Positions 26,925 to 32,000 of a stretch of DNA of 32,000 nt are shown one piece after another. The notes under the pieces were generated by a model. It was not told where the DNA came from. It worked only from the letters and a program-made list of their open reading frames with translations, and did not search any database. The position numbers and the translations under genes were made by a program. Source of the stretch: Candidatus Nitrosocaldus tengchongensis (GTDB lineage Archaea > Thermoproteota > Nitrososphaeria > Nitrososphaerales > Nitrosocaldaceae); assembly GCA_013538675.1 (NCBI GenBank), contig JACAFJ010000009.1, forward strand, positions 6,640-38,639, written 5' to 3'. The first letter of the stretch is position 1, and each line of letters starts with the position of its first letter.

Positions 26925-27951
26925 AATCTTTGCCAACCTTTATCACACTTCCTCGCCTCCACACCCGTGCGTATCTGAACTCTCTAGCAAAGTCCTTATG
27001 GATCCTCTCTGCAAGTTCTATTACTTTAGAGCCCTTGTGCAACAACAATGGTTCATCGACAGGATCAGAGCCTACCTTCTTTGTGAATACCCTTATAAGT
27101 CTAAGATGCTTGAGTAGATCAAGCATGAATGAATCGTTGTTACCATTGAATTGAATAACATCAAGACCATTAAGCAGAGCACTTGCATCATCTGTAAATG
27201 CTACAAATACAGCATCTTTGCTGACCCTCCCGAATATTGCATCCTCAACATCCTCTAAAGTTGTGTTGGAGTAGAGCCTCACAATGGCATTCTTTATACC
27301 ATAACTCTTTACCAGGTTGAATACACTGCTCTCATCAACATCATCAGATCTACCAACTATCCTTATACCTCCATGGGGAGTGTACTCTATCTCAGCCCTT
27401 GATCTTGCCAATATATTCAGGTTCCTAGCCTCGAACCACTTGCATGCATCATCAATATACCTCTTGGAGTCAACCACAACTACTATGGCATCGGCATTCC
27501 TTGCTATGCTTATGAACTTATCAAGTCTATCCTCTCCTATAATGTAATCCAATGGAGTTAGTACAATCTGAGTCCTTATGTTCAGTGCAGAGAATACACC
27601 TACTTTAGGCTTCATTAGGGCATCGTACATGCTAACACTTAATCTAGTGAGCATCCCGAATAGCCTAATAGATGAGTTCAGTGTACCAACAAGTGCAATC
27701 TGAAGAGAGCCTTCCTTCTTAACTGTCCACTCCTGTCTTGTACTACCCTTCTTCCTACTCCTCCTATACTCTACCTCTTCCTCTAGTGCTGCTATCTGCC
27801 TCTTTATGCTCATCTCAAGCTTCTCTGTTGCCTTGTGCTTTGGCATGAGGGAGTAGAACTCTCTGAGTAGTCTAAGTTTAACCTCTGGATCTCTGGTTGC
27901 TATGGCTTCGGCCCACTTTGCTTTTGCCTCTTGTGTTAGGTTAGTGACCAT
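26884..27951 (-). CDS. DRG/Obg-family homologue with C-terminal TGS domain but degenerate GTP-binding motifs
   Basis: 355 aa with the DRG architecture. The N-terminal helix carries KHKATE (DRG has KNKATE). The central domain has IALVGTLNSSIRL where G1 GxPxxGKS is expected, and no clear DxxG or NKxD. A TGS-like C-terminus follows (IRVFTKKVG..PLLLHKGSKVIELAERIHKDFAREFRYARVW..VGKDFILDDLDVVELH). The 3' end overlaps the convergent methyltransferase gene by 41 bp. Confidence 0.7.
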   Translation of the reverse strand: MVTNLTQEAKAKWAEAIATRDPEVKLRLLREFYSLMPKHKATEKLEMSIKRQIAALEEEVEYRRSRKKGSTRQEWTVKKEGSLQIALVGTLNSSIRLFGMLTRLSVSMYDALMKPKVGVFSALNIRTQIVLTPLDYIIGEDRLDKFISIARNADAIVVVVDSKRYIDDACKWFEARNLNILARSRAEIEYTPHGGIRIVGRSDDVDESSVFNLVKSYGIKNAIVRLYSNTTLEDVEDAIFGRVSKDAVFVAFTDDASALLNGLDVIQFNGNNDSFMLDLLKHLRLIRVFTKKVGSDPVDEPLLLHKGSKVIELAERIHKDFAREFRYARVWRRGSVIKVGKDFILDDLDVVELHT

Positions 27952-28064
27952 CCTCTGATCCTAATCTATATTATAGGAGTTGATACTTATTAAAATAACA
28001 TAGCAGTAGCCTAAGCTGATAGTTGGATTGGAAGATAACAGCATGACATACAATTATTTACTGC

Positions 28065-29081
28065 TCATCTGCCAAGCATCTTCACCGCCCTTGCTGCTAT
28101 CTCTTCAGCCATCCTGCTAGTTGTTGTACTACCTCCAAGGTCATAGGTAACATATTTACCTTCGTTTATGACATCCCTAGTTGCATCGAATATTGCCTTT
28201 GCTATATCCTTCTCCCCGAGATACTCGAGCATCCATGCACCAGAGAGTATGGTTGCTGTTGGGTTCATCTTGTTCAAACCTTTATACTTGGGGGCAGAGC
28301 CATGTGCTGGCTCGAACATGGCATAACTGTCGCCAAGGTTTGCTGAGTACACATTGCCTATCGAGCCTAGATGTGCACTTGCAGTCTCTGATACAACATC
28401 CATGAAGAGGTTAGTACTTACCAGTATGCACCCGTTGAACCTCTCTGGGTTCTTGACCAACTGCTGGCACATGTTATCTATGTAGTACTCCTCAACCTGT
28501 AATCCCTTGCTAGAGCATATAGAGGTTACAACATCTATGAATATACCATCTGTCTCTTTGAGTATGTTCCTCTTCGTTATCGCTATAACCCTGCTGTAAC
28601 CCTTCTCTAATGCTATCTCTGCTGCCTTCCTTGCTATCCTCTCGCATCCCTTGCGTGTTATCTTCCTTATTGCTATTGCTGCATCATCACCAATCTTGAA
28701 CTCTATTCCAGCATAGAGCCCTTCGGTTGCCTCCCTAACACATATGAAGTCCAACTGCTTTGCTGAGCGCTCATATGTCTTTATTGGCCTTATGTTTGCG
28801 TACAGGTCGAATGTCTGCCTCAACGTTACTGCAACGCTCCTAGGTGCCTTTGGCGATGGTATAGTTGTTGTTGGTCCCTTGAAGCATGCATTACTCTCTC
28901 TAAGTATCTTCCATGTACTCTCTGGTATGTATGAGTCACCATCGTGCCTCTCCCACCACTCAGCCCCAGCCTCGCATGGTATGAGTTCAACTTGGGTATT
29001 GCAACTCTTTAGAACCAAGAGCATGGCATCTACAAGCTCTGGTCCAACACCATCGCCACGTATAACTGCAGCCTTTGGCAT
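28065..29081 (-). CDS. isocitrate/isopropylmalate dehydrogenase family (beta-decarboxylating dehydrogenase)
   Basis: 338 aa. Has RGDGVGPELV, FKGPTTTIPS..RSVAVTLRQTFDLYANIRP, REATEGLYAG, NLFMDVVSE and MFEPAHGSAPKY. The substrate (isocitrate, homoisocitrate or 3-isopropylmalate) cannot be decided by eye. Confidence 0.85.
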   Translation of the reverse strand: MPKAAVIRGDGVGPELVDAMLLVLKSCNTQVELIPCEAGAEWWERHDGDSYIPESTWKILRESNACFKGPTTTIPSPKAPRSVAVTLRQTFDLYANIRPIKTYERSAKQLDFICVREATEGLYAGIEFKIGDDAAIAIRKITRKGCERIARKAAEIALEKGYSRVIAITKRNILKETDGIFIDVVTSICSSKGLQVEEYYIDNMCQQLVKNPERFNGCILVSTNLFMDVVSETASAHLGSIGNVYSANLGDSYAMFEPAHGSAPKYKGLNKMNPTATILSGAWMLEYLGEKDIAKAIFDATRDVINEGKYVTYDLGGSTTTSRMAEEIAARAVKMLGR

Positions 29082-29155
29082 CCTGCATGCATCTCATCTA
29101 AGAGTATTTAATCTTATCTTATCTTACTTCTTAATAACATCAACTTTCCTTCAGG

Positions 29156-29665
29156 TTACCTACTTCTCAGTTCAAGCCTTATGCTTAAACCATCCTCTAT
29201 AGCAACCTTGGCAGGATCATTGCCTATGTTGATGAACTCCTGCTGCCCTTTGCCCTTAACCCATATACTCATATCATAACCCTCTGTATTCAAATTCCAC
29301 AACCTTAACAGATCAAGCAGTGTGAACCTTATTGGTCTTGAGTAGATCACATATACATTGCCATCCTCTCTAGTATGCAATGGCCTTGTGCAGTTCTCAT
29401 CCCTCCCAATGTCTGCTGGTACCTCTACTGGCCTATCATCTATGGTAACGCTAAGCATAGCATGTAACTTGAATGATAGATCCTCGCTAGTTATGCATTG
29501 CTGTAGTGGTGGTTTGCCAGATATGAACTGGCTTATGATGAATGCTACACCAGTACCTACACCTAGGAGTATGACTGGCATTATCAACTGCCATTTAGTT
29601 ATCCTCTTCTTATCCTCACCTGGTGCCTTTCTAGGCTTTACCATACAAGAGTAAGAGAAGAGCAT
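29156..29665 (-). CDS. membrane-anchored conserved hypothetical protein
   Basis: 169-aa ORF with an N-terminal TM segment (LIMPVILLGVGTGVAFIISQFI). The domain LHAMLSVTIDDRPVEVPADIGRDENCTRPLHTREDGNVYVIYS resembles a widespread uncharacterised family (..HxH..I..nG..v.iPa.iGi...C..PLHTHD..G.ihve). The start may be the ATG at 29644. Confidence 0.5.
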   Translation of the reverse strand: MLFSYSCMVKPRKAPGEDKKRITKWQLIMPVILLGVGTGVAFIISQFISGKPPLQQCITSEDLSFKLHAMLSVTIDDRPVEVPADIGRDENCTRPLHTREDGNVYVIYSRPIRFTLLDLLRLWNLNTEGYDMSIWVKGKGQQEFINIGNDPAKVAIEDGLSIRLELRSR

Positions 29666-29680
29666 ACATTAATACTTAAG

Positions 29681-29688
29681 TTTATTTA
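29681..29688 (+). promoter_or_regulatory. putative tRNA-Ser TATA box
   Basis: TTTATTTA ends 25 nt upstream of tRNA position 1. Confidence 0.4.
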
Positions 29689-29712
29689 TCCAGTGCGGGA
29701 AGGATACATGAT

Positions 29713-29829
29713 GCCGGGGTGCCCTAGCCTGGTAGGGGGCAGGCCTGCTAAATAGCAGGTTATAGATGCTATGCAGCAAGTCTGTGGCCCGTATGGGCCG
29801 CACGGGTTCAAATCCCGTCCCCGGCGCCA
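29713..29829 (+). tRNA. tRNA-Ser(GCU), class II, with a 28-nt intron at the canonical 37/38 position and encoded CCA
   Basis: Hand-folded. Acceptor stem GCCGGGG (29713-19) pairs with CCCCGGC (29819-25). D arm is CCCT/AGCCTGGTA/GGGG. Anticodon stem is CAGGC (29740-44)/GTCTG (29780-84) and the loop is CT-GCT-A.A with anticodon at 29747-49. The intron is about 29751-29778, and its TAGCAGG pairs with the exon CCTGCTA. The long variable arm is GGCCC-GTAT-GGGCC. T arm is ACGGG/TTCAAAT/CCCGT. Discriminator G is followed by CCA. A TATA-like TTTATTTA lies 25 nt upstream. Confidence 0.85.
29751..29778 (+). other. tRNA intron (archaeal splicing-endonuclease type), boundaries +/-1 nt because of flanking A residues
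   Basis: The sequence between anticodon-loop position 37 and the 3' half of the anticodon stem contains TAGCAGG, which is complementary to the anticodon-stem/loop sequence CCTGCTA. Pairing of this kind is expected for a bulge-helix-bulge substrate. Confidence 0.6.
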
Positions 29830-29841
29830 TTATATATTGGT

Positions 29842-31200
29842 ATGGACGTGTATAACATACACAATTACAAGAGGATAACAGAGTACTGGCTTAAGCGTAT
29901 AAAGGAGGCAGAAGAGGAGAGGAAGAGGGAGGAGGAGGAGGAGAAGGAAGGGGAGGAGAGGGGGAAGCAGAAAAGGGAAAGGAAAAGGAAGGATATAGAT
30001 ATGATTATGTATGATCTTGCTTGTAGGTTCATAACTGCATTAAGGTTAGCAGGTGTAGGAGAAGGCAAGGTTAAGGACTATGCTCAGTTCACATATAGGA
30101 TAATGGTGGAGATAATGCATGAAGTAGGGATACATAAAGAGATAGCAGAACTAACAAGGGAGGATATAGATAGGATAGCAGGTGTAATAGTCAAAAAGAA
30201 GGAGGAGGGTCGTTGGAGTCTCTCTACCATAGCAATAGCATTACGAACATTGAAGAGGTTAGTCCATTATGCTAAGCATAAAGAGATAGCAGAAGGAGAG
30301 GGTAACTACTGCAAGGAGGTAGAGCATATACACCCAGATAGGTACAAGAGCAAGGCATTGAAAGAGGATAAGGTAAGAGCAACTGATCTTCTTACAAGAG
30401 AGGAGTTCCTCAGAATGGTAGAGGCAGTAGCAAAGGTAAGTAGATACCCAGCAAGGGATAGAGCATTACTATACGTTATGTATGAGTTTGCTGCTAGACC
30501 TAGTGAGTTATTAAACATGAAGGTAGGTAATCTTGTATTCCATGAAGGATATGCAGAGATAACAACAGAAGGGAAGACTGGTGTTAAGACCCTAACTTTG
30601 GTACTCTCTTACAATGCATTAAGGGAATGGTATGAGCAACACCCATTAAAGGAAGAACCCAATGCGTATTTATGGTATAGTAAGCAGAAGAATAAGCAAG
30701 GTGAGTATAGAGTATCATACGATAGGCTAAGAATATTCTTGAAGAGATTAGCAGAAGTAGCAGGGATAAGGAAGAGGGTATGGCTATATCTGATAAGGCA
30801 TACAGCATTAACGCATGTAGAAAAGGAGTATGGTTCCTCCATTACTGAAATGTATGGGAACTGGAGGAAGGGTTCTCCTATAAGGAATAGGTATATACAC
30901 TTAGCAAATTCAGATCAGAGGGAAGCAGTACTGAAGAGGTATGGGTTGTTGAAGGAAGGAGATAATAGTAGTAATAGTAATAGCATTATTGAACCAAAGC
31001 GTTGCTATCGTTGCAATACCCTTAACGAACCTAATGCTAGGATATGCAAGCATTGTGGTCTCGTTATAGATCCTAGATATGCTATGCAGATCCATAGCGA
31101 GAGAGAGGGAAAGATAAAGGAGTTAGAAGAGAGACTAGCAAGGGTAACAGCAATAGTAGAAGAACTGCTTAGGAGGCAAGAGAGGGGAGATCAGCATTAG
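29842..31200 (+). CDS. tyrosine recombinase / integrase (intact, tRNA-adjacent) with C-terminal zinc ribbon
   Basis: 452 aa. Has an N-terminal E/K-rich tract, a SAM-like core-binding region and a catalytic domain with ARPSEL (Arg I), EGKTGVKT (Lys), YLIRHTALTH (Arg II-His), GNWRKGS and NRYIHL (Tyr). These are followed by CYRCN..x..CKHCG and a coiled-coil tail. It starts 13 bp after the tRNA-Ser CCA. Confidence 0.9.
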   Translation: MDVYNIHNYKRITEYWLKRIKEAEEERKREEEEEKEGEERGKQKRERKRKDIDMIMYDLACRFITALRLAGVGEGKVKDYAQFTYRIMVEIMHEVGIHKEIAELTREDIDRIAGVIVKKKEEGRWSLSTIAIALRTLKRLVHYAKHKEIAEGEGNYCKEVEHIHPDRYKSKALKEDKVRATDLLTREEFLRMVEAVAKVSRYPARDRALLYVMYEFAARPSELLNMKVGNLVFHEGYAEITTEGKTGVKTLTLVLSYNALREWYEQHPLKEEPNAYLWYSKQKNKQGEYRVSYDRLRIFLKRLAEVAGIRKRVWLYLIRHTALTHVEKEYGSSITEMYGNWRKGSPIRNRYIHLANSDQREAVLKRYGLLKEGDNSSNSNSIIEPKRCYRCNTLNEPNARICKHCGLVIDPRYAMQIHSEREGKIKELEERLARVTAIVEELLRRQERGDQH

Positions 31201-31459
31201 TATTAGCAGTAGTAGGAGGAGTAACAGAAGCAGAAGTAGCAGTAGGAGTATTAGCAGTAGCAATAGTAGTAGAGGTAGGAGTAGGTGTATTAGTAGCAGG
31301 AGTAGGTGTATTAGCATTAGTAGCAGAAGTAGTAGGAGGAGTAATAGTAGGAGTACTGGACTTCAACCCCTCTATTATCTCTTTTATCTTTTCGATCTCT
31401 TCCTTTACCATTAAGAGTAGTTCCTTATTACTCTTATCCCTAAGGTCTATCATTATCAT
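31169..31459 (-). CDS. small protein: short coiled-coil N-terminus plus Thr/Pro/Ala/Asn-rich tail, function unknown
   Basis: Shortened version of track ORF 31169..31738, starting at MIMIDLRDKSNKELLLMVKEEIEKIKEIIEGLKSS followed by TPTITPPTTSATNANTPTPATNTPTPTSTT... The minus strand is purine-rich here. The upstream part of the track ORF looks non-protein-like and overlaps a better plus-strand ORF. The 3' end overlaps the integrase stop by 32 nt. Confidence 0.35.
   Translation of the reverse strand: MIMIDLRDKSNKELLLMVKEEIEKIKEIIEGLKSSTPTITPPTTSATNANTPTPATNTPTPTSTTIATANTPTATSASVTPPTTANTNADLPSLAS
31201..31347. repeat. imperfect GTA/GCA/GGA triplet-repeat tract, open in several frames
   Basis: About 145 nt built from GTAGCA/GTAGGA/GTATTA units. 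It reads Thr/Pro/Ala-rich or poly-Leu on the minus strand and Val/Gly/Ala-rich on the plus strand. Confidence 0.8.
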
Positions 31460-31535
31460 ATTATAAAGGAAGGATATAGCTAACAGAGAGTTTGATAATA
31501 GAGACGTATATATGTTAGGGTGTAAATATTCATCC

Positions 31536-31772
31536 ATGAACATGGATGTACCAAACATAAAAGTAAAGAACGGGAGCTCTGGGAGGAAGCCCGTTCTTCC
31601 CTCCTTTAAGGAGGGTAGTGTGCCTCCCATAAGAGGAGTAGAGAAGCCTATAGCAAGCACAAAGAAAGCGAAGCAATTCACCAGAGCGCTACTTTCTAGC
31701 GATCTTGTACGTAAGCAGTACAATGAAGCATATCTCATACTATCACAAAGAAAGAAGGGAGGGAGGAGGTGA
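31536..31772 (+). CDS. small basic protein, function unknown (element-borne)
   Basis: In-frame ATG within track ORF 31512..31772. TATATAT at 31507-31513 lies 23-29 nt upstream of 31536. The plus strand is purine-rich and the product is K/R-rich (..KPIASTKKAKQFTRALL..SQRKKGGRR). An alternative start is GTG 31618, preceded by AAGGAGGG. Confidence 0.3.
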   Translation: MNMDVPNIKVKNGSSGRKPVLPSFKEGSVPPIRGVEKPIASTKKAKQFTRALLSSDLVRKQYNEAYLILSQRKKGGRR

Positions 31773-31790
31773 TAAGCAAAGTAAGCATAC

Positions 31791-32000
31791 TCATTCTTTC
31801 TTCTCCTTACTTACCTTAGGCTGCTTGAAACCTCTCTCTACCAACACTTTATTCACTTCCCTTATAGCAAAGCAGAACCCTACGTGAAGACAATCGTCTC
31901 TCTCACAATACCTGCAGTAGAGGAACTTTCCCTTCGGTACTACTTGAACCTCAACTATTCTGTCTATGAAGTAGTCTGCTATATCTATTATATTATCGTA
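31791..32000 (-). CDS. C-terminal fragment of a protein of unknown function (N-terminus outside the window)
   Basis: Own translation of the minus strand, open from the window edge to the stop at 31791-31793: YDNIIDIADYFIDRIVEVQVVPKGKFLYCRYCERDDCLHVGFCFAIREVNKVLVERGFKQPKVSKEKKE. It has a Cys/His cluster (CxxC..C.H..C). It is absent from the ORF track because it has no start in the window. Confidence 0.4.
   Translation of the reverse strand, partial: YDNIIDIADYFIDRIVEVQVVPKGKFLYCRYCERDDCLHVGFCFAIREVNKVLVERGFKQPKVSKEKKE

Larger units (their letters stand above)
29780..32000. mobile_element. left end of a putative integrated mobile genetic element inserted at tRNA-Ser (extends beyond the window)
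   Basis: Classic tRNA 3' end plus integrase junction. It is followed by small ORFs with no recognisable housekeeping homologues and an extreme low-complexity tract. The right border and direct repeat are not in the window. Confidence 0.6.

Noticed and set aside
31135-31317. 60-aa poly-Leu ORF
   Set aside because: It is an alternative-frame reading of the GTA/GCA/GGA triplet-repeat tract and is not credible as an independent gene.
31567-31636. Cluster of inverted repeats (AGAACGGG...CCCGTTCT, CCCTCC-tttaa-GGAGGG, GGGAGG/CCTCCC) considered as a possible structured ncRNA in the mobile element
   Set aside because: Stems of 6-8 bp are expected many times by chance in 32 kb. I saw no flanking promoter/terminator pair or known RNA family signature, and the region is compatible with coding. 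It is left as a note only.
31460-31738. Upstream 93 codons of track ORF 31169..31738 (minus strand)
   Set aside because: The product looks non-protein-like (MRYASLYCLRTRSLESS...). The region is purine-rich on the plus strand and is better explained by the plus-strand small ORF 31536..31772. I kept only 31169..31459 on the minus strand, at low confidence.
29830-32000. Search for a second copy of the tRNA-Ser 3' segment (attR) inside the window
   Set aside because: No repeat of GGGTTCAAATCCCGTCCCCGGCG or a substantial part of it is visible downstream. The element boundary, if real, lies beyond 32000, so element size and type cannot be stated.
1-32000. CRISPR arrays, rRNA genes, IS transposases, inteins
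   Set aside because: I saw no regularly spaced direct repeats, no rRNA-like sequence, no transposase-like ORF and no intein-sized insertion in CDC48, the RecJ-like protein or SerRS. The only mobile-element signal is the tRNA-adjacent integrase.

Overview
This window looks like chromosomal DNA from an ammonia-oxidising archaeon (Nitrososphaeria/Thaumarchaeota). That call rests on an unmistakable ammonia monooxygenase locus: amoA-amoX-amoC on the minus strand and a divergent amoB at 17.3-20.0 kb. It is supported by archaeal housekeeping genes: aEF-1beta, CDC48, Pth2, L21e-RpoF-DUF655, uS15, a RecJ/GAN-like DHH protein, a PAC2 chaperone and a geranylgeranyl reductase. The sequence is visibly AT-rich (GC not computed) and gene-dense. 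Coding strands are purine-rich, and many genes have a TATA-like box about 20-35 nt upstream of the ATG, suggesting short or absent leaders. ORF-track coordinates include the stop codon. The most notable items are listed here. (1) Four unassigned small membrane-protein genes flank the AMO locus; by position they are candidates for extra AMO subunits of the AmoY/AmoZ kind. (2) An intron-containing tRNA-Ser(GCU) at 29713-29829 is followed 13 bp later by an intact tyrosine-recombinase integrase and by atypical small ORFs. This looks like the left end of an integrated mobile element that runs off the window. (3) A winged-helix regulator is fused to what looks like a cobalamin-binding module. (4) There is a GcvH-like/TusA-like fusion protein. 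(5) Two proteins appear to be inactivated enzyme homologues: a DRG/TGS GTPase homologue with no recognisable G motifs, and an archaemetzincin-like protein without HExxH. (6) In-frame Ser/Asn/Asp/Gly triplet-repeat insertions recur inside otherwise conserved proteins. No CRISPR array, rRNA gene or transposase was seen. All homology statements are by-eye motif recognition from memory, not database searches.
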